Numbered from the stretch's first letter, positions 8,345-17,949 are shown. The stretch: DNA of 64,000 bases from Pseudomonas aeruginosa PAO1 (GCF_000006765.1 NC_002516.2); one strand, 5' to 3'. The notes: generated by a model from the letters alone, not told the origin. Translations and numbers: made by a program.

Positions 8345-9343
8345 TCAGTTGGGGCTGTAGATCTGGTCGAATACGCCGCCGTCGATGAAGTGGGTCTTCT
8401 GCACGCTGCGCCAGTCGCCGAAGGTCTTCTCCACCGAGAAGAAGTCGACTTTCGGGAAGCGGTCGGCGAACTTGGCGAGGATCTCCGGGTTGCGCGGGCG
8501 CAGGTAGTTGTTGGCGGCGATGGTCTGGCCCTCGTCCGACCACAGGTACTTCAGGTAGGCCTCGGCCTGGGCGCGGCTGCCTTTCTTCTCGACCACCTTG
8601 TCGACCACCGCCACGGGGGGCTCGGCCTCGGCGGACACGCTCGGGTAGACCACCTCGAAGCCGCCTCGGCCGAATTCGCGGGCGATCATCTCGGCTTCGT
8701 TCTCGAAGGTCACCAGTACGTCGCCGATCTGGTTCTGCATGAAGGTAGTGGTGGCGGCGCGGCCGCCGGTGTCGAGCACCGGTACCTGCTTGAACAGCTT
8801 GCCGACGAATTCCTTGGCCTTGTTCTCGTCACCGCCGTTCTTCAGCACGTAGCCCCAGGCGGAGAGATAGGTATAGCGGCCGTTGCCGGAGGTCTTGGGG
8901 TTCGGCACCACTACCTGGACGCCGTCCTTGAGCAGGTCCGGCCAGTCCTTCAGGGCCTTGGGGTTGCCCTTGCGAACGATGAACACGGTGGCCGAGGTGA
9001 ACGGCGCGCTGTTGTTCGGCAGGCGGGTCGCCCAGTCCTTCGGCACCAGGCCGCCGTTGTCGGCGAGGGCGTCGATGTCGGTGGCCTGGTTCATGGTGAT
9101 GACGTCGGCGGGCAGACCGTCGATCACCGAGCGCGCCTGCTTGCTGGAACCGCCATGGGACATCTGGATGGTGATGTTCTCGCCTTTCTCCGCTTTCCAG
9201 TATTTCTGGAAGGCCGGGTTGTATTCCTTGTAGAAGTCGCGCATCACGTCGTAGGAGACGTTGAGCAGGGGCTGGGCGGCGTGAGCGGCGCCGCCGAGCG
9301 CCAGGCCGGCGGCCAGCAGGGAGGCGCTGAACAGTCGTTTCAC
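8345..9343 (-). CDS. cysP: Sulfate/thiosulfate ABC transporter periplasmic binding protein
   Basis: Signal peptide; LLNVSYD, SHGGSSKQARSV and PNPKTSGNGR motifs. Confidence 0.92.
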   Translation of the reverse strand: MKRLFSASLLAAGLALGGAAHAAQPLLNVSYDVMRDFYKEYNPAFQKYWKAEKGENITIQMSHGGSSKQARSVIDGLPADVITMNQATDIDALADNGGLVPKDWATRLPNNSAPFTSATVFIVRKGNPKALKDWPDLLKDGVQVVVPNPKTSGNGRYTYLSAWGYVLKNGGDENKAKEFVGKLFKQVPVLDTGGRAATTTFMQNQIGDVLVTFENEAEMIAREFGRGGFEVVYPSVSAEAEPPVAVVDKVVEKKGSRAQAEAYLKYLWSDEGQTIAANNYLRPRNPEILAKFADRFPKVDFFSVEKTFGDWRSVQKTHFIDGGVFDQIYSPN

Positions 9344-9471
9344 AGGGCAGTTCCTTTGAGCATGTTGTAGTGGCTCGACTATAACGTCGGGTTATATGCA
9401 GGGTAAATATCAAAAACTGCTTTGCTTATTACCCGCTCGAGCCTATGCCGCGGCCGGCGCTTTGGCCAGCG

Positions 9472-11127
9472 CTAGTCGAGGCCGCTGACCGCCAGGTCCT
9501 TGGGATACTCCACGCTGAACTTCAGGGTGGCGCTGCGTTTCTCGCCGGGTTGCAGGGTCCAGTCCCACTTCAGCTTGCCGTCGTCCTCGCGCTTGACTTC
9601 CTGCGCCTTGGGTTCCAGCAAGGTGACCTGGATCTGCTCGTTGCGCGAGACCGGCAACTGGTCCTCGAACTGCACGCGTTCGGCGTTCTTGTGGTTGTTG
9701 CGCACGTCGATGCGGAATTCGTAGTTGACCCGCGTGCGGTTGCCGATCAGGCCGCTGCTGTCGGTGTAGCGCTTGACCAGCTTGCGTTCGATGCCGATGC
9801 CCTCGTCGGCGCCCAGTGCCAGTTCGAAGCTTTCCCCGGGCATCACCCCGCGCAGATGGCCGCTGGCGACGAAGCTGTTGCCGAGAAAGGTATTCAGGGT
9901 GCCGGGGAGCAGCGGGTAGTCGCTGTCGTTGCGGGTTTCCGCCTCCAGGTAGGCGGTTTCGCGCAGGGCCGGGGCCGCCAGGTAGCGCAGCTTGGCCGGC
10001 ATTTCCAGGCGGGCGATGGTGACCTTCTGCGCGCTGCCGTCGCTGTTCAGGGTCGCCGGCACGGGGATGTGGAAAGAGGCGCTGGCGGCGCCGCTGCTGA
10101 CCTCCGCGGTGGCGAGCCGCGCCTCGGCCAGCTTCGGCGCCGGGGCCGGCATGGCCATCTTCGCCGAGGTCCTGGCGATGGGAGCGGCTTGCGGCATGGG
10201 CGCCGGAACGTCCTGCATGGCCATCTCGGCACCGTAGTAGGCGTTGGGCGCGTCGATGTCGACGATCCAGGGATTCAGCCGCGGTACGTTGCCGCCCAGG
10301 GCCGGACGGGCGGTGGAGAGGGTCAGGTCGACGTCGGTCCAGTCTTCGCCGCTGCTCTGCCGGACCAGGCCCTGGTAGGTCAGTTCGATGGTCTTCGCGC
10401 CGTCGCGCAGGCGTGCGTCGTAGGTCGGCTGCCAGGAGGCGTCGCGCAGGGTGTAGTCGAGCTTCACCTCGACCTGTGCCGGTTGCTCCAGGGCGACCCG
10501 CAGGACCGCGCGCTTGAAGCGCTTGCCGTCGCCGTTGAGGGTGCCGCGCTGCTCCTGCAACTGCTGCTTGCGCTGTTCCAGTTCGGCGGCGCGGTCGTCC
10601 AGCTGGCGCTGCTCGGCGAGCAGGCGTTCGAGGTTGCCTTCGGTCAGTTGCAGCAGGCTTTTCAGCTCGTCGATGCCGGGCATGGGGCGATCCTTGCCGG
10701 GCTGGGTGCTGCCGCTCTGGATGTCGGCGAGGAACTTCTTCTGCGCTTCGAGCACGCTGCCGCGGTCATGGATTTCCCGCAGTTGCCGGTCTATCTCGCG
10801 CAGTTGCTGGTCGAGTTGCTGCACACGGTTGTCGTCCGGGCGCTCGACCCGTTGCGCGGCGCTGCTGACGTCGAGCAGGGTAGCGGCGGCGCTGGCACCG
10901 AGGGACGCGCGCAGGCTGGCGTCGTCGAGCTGGAAGGGCAGTTGCTCCAGGGCGATCTCATGCTGGCCCTTGGGCAATTGCAGGCGGGCGGTGCGGGTGA
11001 CCACGGCACGGTCGGCGTAGACGGTGACCGCGCTGATGCGGCTGTCGACCGCTTGTGGCGCGGCCAGCAACGGAGCGCTGGCGAACAGGCCGGCGAACAG
11101 GAGCGGAGAGGCGGCGAGTCGATTCAC
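9472..11127 (-). CDS. muiA: Mucoidy inhibitor MuiA-like secreted protein (DUF4140/DUF4139)
   Basis: Signal peptide; ISAVTVYADRAVVTR, coiled coil, ASWQPTYD, Q.SGEDW.DVDLTLSTARP. Confidence 0.85.
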   Translation of the reverse strand: MNRLAASPLLFAGLFASAPLLAAPQAVDSRISAVTVYADRAVVTRTARLQLPKGQHEIALEQLPFQLDDASLRASLGASAAATLLDVSSAAQRVERPDDNRVQQLDQQLREIDRQLREIHDRGSVLEAQKKFLADIQSGSTQPGKDRPMPGIDELKSLLQLTEGNLERLLAEQRQLDDRAAELEQRKQQLQEQRGTLNGDGKRFKRAVLRVALEQPAQVEVKLDYTLRDASWQPTYDARLRDGAKTIELTYQGLVRQSSGEDWTDVDLTLSTARPALGGNVPRLNPWIVDIDAPNAYYGAEMAMQDVPAPMPQAAPIARTSAKMAMPAPAPKLAEARLATAEVSSGAASASFHIPVPATLNSDGSAQKVTIARLEMPAKLRYLAAPALRETAYLEAETRNDSDYPLLPGTLNTFLGNSFVASGHLRGVMPGESFELALGADEGIGIERKLVKRYTDSSGLIGNRTRVNYEFRIDVRNNHKNAERVQFEDQLPVSRNEQIQVTLLEPKAQEVKREDDGKLKWDWTLQPGEKRSATLKFSVEYPKDLAVSGLD

Positions 11128-11191
11128 GATATCTCTTCCTTGGGCGGATGGAGGGGCGAGGAACCCGTGCGTGCGGTCCCTTCCTGCTGCC

Positions 11192-11221
11192 TGAGACGCA
11201 AGCGCGGTGAAAGACGGGTTA
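11192..11221 (-). promoter_or_regulatory. ECF-sigma-type promoter upstream of muiA
   Basis: Minus strand TAACCCG-N16-CGTCTCA (AAC/CGT ECF pattern); agrees with my recollection that SbrI controls muiA. Confidence 0.55.
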
Positions 11222-11250
11222 AGCGGCGCGAAGAAATTTTCCCGTGCGGC

Positions 11251-11877
11251 TCAGGCCGGCTGTTCCAGGCGCTCCAGGGCACCGCGCAGGTTGGCGCGGG
11301 CGGCGGCCTCCCAGCGCTGCCGCAGCGGTTCGCAGTGGTACAGCGCCGGTTGCTCCAGCAACTGGCGCAGCAACTTGCCGCGCCCGGCGCGGAACAGCGG
11401 TTCCGGCACCCAGGCGTATTCGGCGCGGACGTCCGCCTCGTAGCGTGCGTAGACCGGCGCCGGCGCGGCGAGGATGGCGAGGTCGAGATCCACCACCAGG
11501 GCTGCGTCGGCGTCTCCCGGCGGCGCCTGGTGACAGGTGGCCATGATCAGTTCGCGCAGGGCCGGCCGCAGCGCCGCCAGCCCGGCCTGGTCGAGCCAGC
11601 GCTCGGTGCTGGCGGCGCTGGCGGCCTCGTTGTCCTGGCGCTGGGTGTCGTAGACCAGGTCGTGGGTCCACAACGCCAGCTCCACCAGGTCCGGCCGCCG
11701 CGCCAGTTGGCGCCAGCGGTCGAAGTGCTCCAGGCAGGCGAGGATGTGGCGATCGCTGTGGTAGTGCCGGTCGGCCCCGCCATAGGCCGCCAGCAGCGCG
11801 TCGAAGGCATCCGCCGGCGGGTTGCCGCCGAGTCGCTGCCAGAGGGCGTCCCAGCGCTGCCGGTCAAGACTTCCCAT
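11251..11877 (-). CDS. HD-superfamily metal-dependent phosphohydrolase
   Basis: RHYHS.RH, LALWTHDLVYD, NEAASA and DLDLAIL motifs. Confidence 0.8.
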   Translation of the reverse strand: MGSLDRQRWDALWQRLGGNPPADAFDALLAAYGGADRHYHSDRHILACLEHFDRWRQLARRPDLVELALWTHDLVYDTQRQDNEAASAASTERWLDQAGLAALRPALRELIMATCHQAPPGDADAALVVDLDLAILAAPAPVYARYEADVRAEYAWVPEPLFRAGRGKLLRQLLEQPALYHCEPLRQRWEAAARANLRGALERLEQPA

Positions 11878-12715
11878 GGCTGCCTTCCTCGCGAGGGAAC
11901 AACGGGTTGCCGCAGCGGCAGCAGAATGCCGCCTGCACTTCGTGGGTCGCCTTGCGGCACACCGGGCAATCCCGCTGCAACAGGTTGGCCGGGTCCTGGC
12001 GCATCGCGGTGGCGAGTTCGGCGGTGAAGATCCCGGTGGGCACCGCGATGATCGAGTAGCCGGTGAGCATCACCAGGCTGGCGATGGCCTGGCCGAGCGG
12101 GGTCTTCGGGGTGATGTCGCCGAAGCCGACCGTGGTCAGGGTGACGATCGCCCAGTAGATGCCGCGGGGGATGCTGGTGAAACCGTGCTCCGGGCCTTCG
12201 ACCACGTACATCAGCGCGCCGAACACGGTGACCAGGGTCATCACGGTGAGGAAGAACACGATGATCTTCTGCTTGCTGCCGCGCAGGGCGGTGAGCAGGA
12301 AATTGGCCTGGCTCAGGTACTGGCGTAGCTTGAGCACGCGGAAGATCCGCAGCATGCGTATCACCCGGACGATCAGCAGGTACTGGGCGTCGGGGTAGAG
12401 CAGGGCGAGGAAGCCGGGGAGGATCGCCAGCAGGTCGACCAGGCCGTAGAAGCTGAAGGCATAGCGCAGCGGCTTGGGCGAGCAGTACAGGCGCAGCAGG
12501 TATTCCACCAGGAAGATGCCGGTGAAGCCCCATTCGATGTAGGCCAGCAGGTCGCCGTAGTCCTGGTGGATTTCGTCGATGCTGTCGATCATCACTACCA
12601 GCAGGCTGGCCAGGATCACCAGCAGCAGCGCGCTGTCGAAGCGCCGGCCGTCGCGGGTGTCGGTCTGGAAGATGACGATGTAGAGGCGTTCGCGCCAGCT
12701 GTCGGGTGCGCTCAT
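11864..12715 (-). CDS. 6-TM voltage-gated-type potassium channel with a C-terminal Cys knuckle
   Basis: Start MSAPDSW; S4 RVIRMLRIFRVLKL; pore TLTTVGFGDITP; CPVC...CCRCG. Confidence 0.9.
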   Translation of the reverse strand: MSAPDSWRERLYIVIFQTDTRDGRRFDSALLLVILASLLVVMIDSIDEIHQDYGDLLAYIEWGFTGIFLVEYLLRLYCSPKPLRYAFSFYGLVDLLAILPGFLALLYPDAQYLLIVRVIRMLRIFRVLKLRQYLSQANFLLTALRGSKQKIIVFFLTVMTLVTVFGALMYVVEGPEHGFTSIPRGIYWAIVTLTTVGFGDITPKTPLGQAIASLVMLTGYSIIAVPTGIFTAELATAMRQDPANLLQRDCPVCRKATHEVQAAFCCRCGNPLFPREEGSHGKS

Positions 12716-12780
12716 CGTGGCTCCTGATGATGGATGCGGCACCTTACCAGACTAGCCCGCCGGCGCCAGCGTTCCCCCGC

Positions 12781-13695
12781 TCAGGAGCGTCGCCGGCCGA
12801 GGCGCGCGCCGAGGCTGCCGGCCAGGCGCAGGTACAGGCGCTCGCCGCCGATGCAAAGCAGGCAGGCGAGGATGAACGGTGCGGTCAGCGCCGGCAGGCC
12901 GAGCAGGCCGAACAGCGGTTGCAGCGCCACCGCCAGGACCATGCCGAGCAGTGGCGGCCAGACGCTGCGGTAGCGCAAGGCCAGGGCCAGCCCGGCAAGG
13001 GCGGCGTTCAGGCCGTAGAACCCGGCGAGCGCGCTCGCCCAGTCGTAGCCCAGCAGCCAGGCCAGCGGCAGGCTGGCCGCGGCGCCGGCGAGGGCCCAGG
13101 CGGCGGAGGGACGCGAGACCAGCAGCAGGCCGAGCCAGACCAGCAGCCCTGCCAGCGGTTCACCAAGGAAGATGATCTCGCCGATCCCCAGCGTTAGCGC
13201 CGCCAGCTCCGCCGTGCCGCTCCAGGCGCAGCTGAAGCAGCCGCCATGGGCCGCCGGGGCCAGGCCTAGCCAGGCGCCGAGGGGCACCAGCCACCAGCCG
13301 TTGAGGACGAAGCCCAGGGTATAGGGCGGAAGCCAGCGGCGTCGGCGCAGCCCATGCAGGAACAGGCGCTGCAACGCCACGCTGGCCAGGCAGCCGAGCG
13401 CTACCAGCGACACCAGCCCCGGCGACCAGGCGAAGCGGAATGCCAGCAGCATGCCGATCAGCACGGCGTTGTAGCCGTACAGCCCGGCCTCGATGTCGCT
13501 GTCGGCGCAGTGCAACAGGCGCGCCAGCAACGGGCCGAGGGCGCCGCCAAGGAGGGCGCCGGCGAGCAGCGGCGGCGCGCCGACGGCGATCGCCAGCAGA
13601 CAGGCCAGGCCCAGGCGTGGGTCGCCCTGGAGGAACACCTGGCTGATGCCGCGCAGGAGGATTCGGGATGCATTGAGGAGAGATTGCAGGGGCAT
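12781..13695 (-). CDS. Urea transporter (UT family)
   Basis: GISQVFLQ, GLYGYNAVL, GIGEIIF, G.YGLNAALA and LTAPFIL repeats. Confidence 0.85.
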   Translation of the reverse strand: MPLQSLLNASRILLRGISQVFLQGDPRLGLACLLAIAVGAPPLLAGALLGGALGPLLARLLHCADSDIEAGLYGYNAVLIGMLLAFRFAWSPGLVSLVALGCLASVALQRLFLHGLRRRRWLPPYTLGFVLNGWWLVPLGAWLGLAPAAHGGCFSCAWSGTAELAALTLGIGEIIFLGEPLAGLLVWLGLLLVSRPSAAWALAGAAASLPLAWLLGYDWASALAGFYGLNAALAGLALALRYRSVWPPLLGMVLAVALQPLFGLLGLPALTAPFILACLLCIGGERLYLRLAGSLGARLGRRRS

Positions 13696-13843
13696 GGCGG
13701 TCAGTGCGGCAAGGGCCGCTCGGCAGGCACGGAGATGCCAGGCCTGCGCGAGGGGCGGGGGCGGTCATTGTAGGGTCTGGCGCGGAGGCGACGCACCCCG
13801 GACGAGAAGGCCAGGCGAGGGTCATGCATGCAGGGCGTTCCAA

Positions 13844-13883
13844 GAAGAAAAAAAGACCTCCGGCAGGAGTTGAACCGGAGGCC
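13844..13883 (-). terminator. Intrinsic terminator of the gcl-pykF operon
   Basis: Minus strand GGCCTCCGG-loop-CCGGAGGTC followed by a T-tract. Confidence 0.8.
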
Positions 13884-14061
13884 TTGAATGTCCATGGCCT
13901 GCATGGGAGTGCGCGAGGGAGGCCATGGTCCGACAAGAAGGTCTTTCCCGGATGGATGGAGACGCGGCCCCGTATTTCCGGCCCCATCCATCCGAGAGAG
14001 ACAAGGGTGGCCCGACCCGCATGCCCGGGGGGACGGCGCGAGCCGGACCGAACTCGTTGCT

Positions 14062-15495
14062 TCAGAGATCTCCCAGCGGCGGCGCCACGGTCTCGATGCG
14101 CAGCATGTTGGTCGAGCCGGGGCGACCGAACGGTACGCCGGCGGTGACCACCACGGTGTCGCCGCGGCGCGCCATGCGCTGGGCCAGGGCGATGTCGAGG
14201 GCGGTCGAGCAGATCTCGTCGACGTGCGCCAGTTGCTCGTTGACCACCGAATACACGCCCCAGGCCACGGTCAGTCGCCGCGCGGTACGCAGGTTCGGGG
14301 TCAGGCTGAGGATCGGCGCCTTGGGCCGCTCGCGGGCGGCGCGCAGGGTCGAGTTGCCCGACTCGGTGTAGTTCACCAGCACCGCCACCGGGAGGATCCG
14401 GCTGACCCGGCGGATCGCGCAGCTGATCGCATCGGAGACGGTAGCGTCGGGCTGCGGACGGTTGACCTCGAGCTGGACGTGGTAGTCCGGCTCGGCCTCC
14501 ACCTGGCGGACGATCTTCGCCATCATCTCTACCGCCTCGCGAGGGTATTGTCCGGAAGCGGTTTCCGCCGAGAGCATCACCGCGTCGGCGCCGGCGCCCA
14601 CCGCGGTGGCTACGTCGGTCACCTCGGCGCGGGTCGGGGCGGGGGAGAAGCGCATCGACTCGAGCATCTGGGTGGCCACCACCACCGGCTTGCCGAGCTG
14701 GCGGCAGACCTGGACGATGCGTTTCTGGATGCCTGGCACGCTCTCCGCCGGCACCTCTACGCCGAGGTCGCCGCGCGCCACCATGATCGCGTCGGCGCGC
14801 TCGGCGATCGCCTCGATGGCGCTCACCGCGCTGGGCTTCTCGATCTTGGCCATGAGGAAGGCCTTGTCGCCGATCAGCCCACGGGCCTCGTCGATGTCCT
14901 CCGGGCGTTGCACGAAGGACAGCGCCACCCAGTCGACCCCCAGTTCCAGGCCGAAGGCCAGATCGCGGCGGTCCTTGTCGGTCAGCGGGCTGAGTTGCAG
15001 CACCGCTTCCGGCACGTTGACGCCCTTGCGATCGGACAGCTCGCCACCCACCGCCACGCGGGTCTCGATGGCGTCGCTGTGGCAGTTGACCACTTCCAGG
15101 CGGATCTTGCCGTCGTCCAGCAGCAGGCTCATGCCCGGTTCCAGGGCATGGATGATCTCCGGATGCGGCAGGTTGACCCGCCGCTCGTCGCCGGGGGCGT
15201 CGCTGAGGTCGAGGGTGAAGGTCTGCCCACGCTGCAATTGCACGGCACCGGCGGCGAAGCGGCCGACCCGCAGCTTCGGACCCTGCAGGTCCATGAGCAC
15301 GCCGATCGGGTAGTTCAGCTCCGCTTCCACCTCGCGCACCCAGGCGAAGCGCTGCGCGTGATCGGCATAGTCGCCGTGGCTGAAGTTCAGGCGGAGCAGG
15401 TTGGCGCCGGCCTCCACCAGGGCACGGATATCGTCGCGGCTGCGGGTGGCCGGGCCGAGGGTGGCGAGGATCTTGGCTTTCTTGTCGGCTGTCAT
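14062..15495 (-). CDS. pykF: Pyruvate kinase
   Basis: KILATLGPA, RLNFSHG, DLQGPKLRVG, MVARGDLGVE and ATQMLESM motifs. Confidence 0.95.
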   Translation of the reverse strand: MTADKKAKILATLGPATRSRDDIRALVEAGANLLRLNFSHGDYADHAQRFAWVREVEAELNYPIGVLMDLQGPKLRVGRFAAGAVQLQRGQTFTLDLSDAPGDERRVNLPHPEIIHALEPGMSLLLDDGKIRLEVVNCHSDAIETRVAVGGELSDRKGVNVPEAVLQLSPLTDKDRRDLAFGLELGVDWVALSFVQRPEDIDEARGLIGDKAFLMAKIEKPSAVSAIEAIAERADAIMVARGDLGVEVPAESVPGIQKRIVQVCRQLGKPVVVATQMLESMRFSPAPTRAEVTDVATAVGAGADAVMLSAETASGQYPREAVEMMAKIVRQVEAEPDYHVQLEVNRPQPDATVSDAISCAIRRVSRILPVAVLVNYTESGNSTLRAARERPKAPILSLTPNLRTARRLTVAWGVYSVVNEQLAHVDEICSTALDIALAQRMARRGDTVVVTAGVPFGRPGSTNMLRIETVAPPLGDL

Positions 15496-15496
15496 G

Positions 15497-16762
15497 TCAG
15501 GACTCGAGGATGAGAATGGCGCGGAAGTCGTTCACGTTGGTGCGGGTCGGTCCGGTCACCAGCAGGTCGCCGAGGGCCTGGAAATAGCCGTAGCCGTTGT
15601 TGTCGTAGAGCTCGTCGCGGATCTTCAGCCCGGCCTTTTCGCCGCGGGCATGGGAGCAGGGCGTCATCAACGCGCCGGCGTTGTCTTCCGAGCCGTCGAT
15701 GCCGTCGGTGTCGCCGGCCAGGGCCCAGATGTTCGGTTCGCCCTTTAGCTCGGCGGTGAGGCTGAGGAGGAACTCGGCGTTGCGTCCGCCGCGACCGTTG
15801 CCGCGCACGGTGACGGTGGTCTCGCCGCCGGAGAGGATCACGCAGGGCGCCGCCAGCGGCTGGCCGTGCTTGCGGATCTGCCGGGCGATGCCGGCGTGGA
15901 CCTTGGCGACCTCCCGCGCTTCGCCCTCCAGGTCGCCGAGGATCAGCGTCGAGAAGCCGGCCGCGCGGCACTTCACCGCTGCTGCGTCGAGGGCGTTCTG
16001 TGGCGTGGCGATCAACTGGAAGTGGCTGCGCGCCAGGCACGGGTCGTCGGGCTTGACGGTTTCCGAGCGCGGGTCGGCGAGCCAGTCGAGGACGTTCTGC
16101 GGCACGTCGATGGCGTAGCGCTTGAGGATCGCCAGGGCGTCGGCGGAGGTGGTCGGGTCGCCGACGCTGGGGCCGGAGGCGATCACCGTGGCCTCGTCGC
16201 CGGGAACGTCGGAAATCGCGTAGGTATAGACGCTGGCCGGCCAGCAGGCCTTGGCCAGGCGACCGCCCTTGATCGCCGAGAGGTGCTTGCGCACGCAGTT
16301 CATCTCGCCGATGGCGGCGCCGGACTTGAGCAGCGCCTTGTTCACCGCCTGCTTGTCCGCCAGGCCGATGCCTTCGGCAGGCAGCGAAAGCAGTGCGGAG
16401 CCGCCGCCGGAGAGAAGGAAGATCACCCGGTCGCTCTCGTTCAGGCCGCTGATCAGTTCCAGCACGCGACGGGCGACGCGCTCGCCGGCGTCGTCGGGCA
16501 CCGGATGGGAGGCTTCCACCACCTCGATGCGACTGCATTGCGCGCCGTAGCGGTAAGGCGCCACTACCAGGCCCTGGATCTCGCCCTGCCAGTGCTTCTC
16601 CACCACTTCGGCCATGGCTCCGGCGGCCTTGCCGGCACCGATGACGATGGCGCGCCCGCTGCGATCTTCCGGCAGGTGGTCGGCCAGCACCTGGTAGGGA
16701 TGGCCGGCTGCCACCGCGGTATTGAACAGCTCGGTGAGAAAGGCGCGTGGATCGGTACTCAT
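15497..16762 (-). CDS. Glycerate 2-kinase (MOFRL/TtuD family)
   Basis: Start reset to MSTDPRAF; GAGKAA, ASHPVPD, SGGGSAL, SGGETTV, GGRNAEF, DTDGIDG and TNVND motifs. Confidence 0.9.
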   Translation of the reverse strand: MSTDPRAFLTELFNTAVAAGHPYQVLADHLPEDRSGRAIVIGAGKAAGAMAEVVEKHWQGEIQGLVVAPYRYGAQCSRIEVVEASHPVPDDAGERVARRVLELISGLNESDRVIFLLSGGGSALLSLPAEGIGLADKQAVNKALLKSGAAIGEMNCVRKHLSAIKGGRLAKACWPASVYTYAISDVPGDEATVIASGPSVGDPTTSADALAILKRYAIDVPQNVLDWLADPRSETVKPDDPCLARSHFQLIATPQNALDAAAVKCRAAGFSTLILGDLEGEAREVAKVHAGIARQIRKHGQPLAAPCVILSGGETTVTVRGNGRGGRNAEFLLSLTAELKGEPNIWALAGDTDGIDGSEDNAGALMTPCSHARGEKAGLKIRDELYDNNGYGYFQALGDLLVTGPTRTNVNDFRAILILES

Positions 16763-17058
16763 GACAGGCTCCGAATTTCTTGTTGTCGTGCCGCCGGTCG
16801 GACCAGCGGTCGCAGCGTCGTCGACGCTTCCATTCCGCAGCACCCGCGCCGGCGGGAACTGGGGAATGGAAGCGAGGCGCCCGGACGCAGAGGCCGTGAA
16901 TCTCCCGGCCGGGCGTTCGCTTCCTTTACCCCGCCTTGTGGGCGGGGAAGGAAGAGGGCGGCGGCGAACACCGGAGTTCGCCGACCGTTCCTCTCCCCGA
17001 GCCCTTCGAAAAGGGGTTCGTCGCTCCGCGCGGGGTGACGGCCCGCGCGGACTGCGGA

Positions 17059-17949
17059 TCACTCGTCGCGGATCGAGAAGTTGGCCATGTGCTCCAGGCC
17101 CTTGATCAGCGCCGAGTGGTCCCAGTTACTGCCGCCGATGGCCGCGCAGGTGCTGAACACCTGCTGGGCGTTGGCGGTGTTGGGTAGGTTCAGGTTCAGC
17201 TCGCGGGCGCCGGCCAGGGCCAGGTTTAGGTCCTTCTGGTGCAGGCTGATGCGGAAGCCCGGGTCGAAGGTGCCCTTGACCATGCGTTCGCCGTGTACCT
17301 CGAGGATCCGCGAGGAGGCGAAGCCACCCATCAGCGCCTCGCGCACCTTGGCCGGATCGGCGCCGTTGCGGGCGGCGAACAGCAGGGCCTCGGCGACCGC
17401 CTGGATGTTCAGCGCGACGATGATCTGGTTGGCCACCTTGGCGGTCTGGCCGTCGCCGTTGCCGCCGACGCGGGTGATGTTCTTGCCCATCGCCTGGAAC
17501 AGCGGCAGGGCGCGTTCGAAGGTGTTCGGGCAGCCGCCGACCATGATGCTCAGGGTCGCCGCCTTGGCGCCGACCTCGCCGCCGGAGACCGGGGCGTCCA
17601 GGTACTGCGCGCCGGTAGCCTTGATCTTCTCGGCGAAGCCCTTGGTGGCGGTGGGGGAGATCGAACTCATGTCGATCACCACCTTGTTCGGGCCGGCGCC
17701 TTCGGCGATACCGTCCTTGCGGAACAGCACATCCTCGACCTGCGGGGTGTCCGGCACCATGACGATGATGAACTCGGCTTCCTGGGCCACTTCCTTCGGG
17801 TTGGCCAGGGCAATGGCGCCGGCCTCCAGCAGGTCGGCCGGAGCGGCGTCGTGGTGGGTGGAAAGGAACAGGCTGTGGCCGGCCTTCTGCAGGTTCTGCG
17901 CCATGGGCTTGCCCATGATTCCGGTGCCGATGAATCCGATCTTGGCCAT
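17059..17949 (-). CDS. glxR: Tartronate semialdehyde reductase (2-hydroxy-3-oxopropionate reductase)
   Basis: IGFIGTGIMGKPMA, DAPVSGG, GQTAKVANQ and GFRISLHQKDL motifs. Confidence 0.92.
   Translation of the reverse strand: MAKIGFIGTGIMGKPMAQNLQKAGHSLFLSTHHDAAPADLLEAGAIALANPKEVAQEAEFIIVMVPDTPQVEDVLFRKDGIAEGAGPNKVVIDMSSISPTATKGFAEKIKATGAQYLDAPVSGGEVGAKAATLSIMVGGCPNTFERALPLFQAMGKNITRVGGNGDGQTAKVANQIIVALNIQAVAEALLFAARNGADPAKVREALMGGFASSRILEVHGERMVKGTFDPGFRISLHQKDLNLALAGARELNLNLPNTANAQQVFSTCAAIGGSNWDHSALIKGLEHMANFSIRDE

Noticed and set aside
13700-13840. Riboswitch or sigma54 promoter in front of the urea transporter
   Set aside because: No recognisable aptamer consensus; TGGCATC..TGC has the wrong GG-GC spacing
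16763-17062. 100-aa N-terminal extension of the glycerate kinase, starting at a GTG that overlaps the glxR stop
   Set aside because: Arg/Pro-rich translation of hairpin DNA; family similarity starts at MSTDPRAF (16762)
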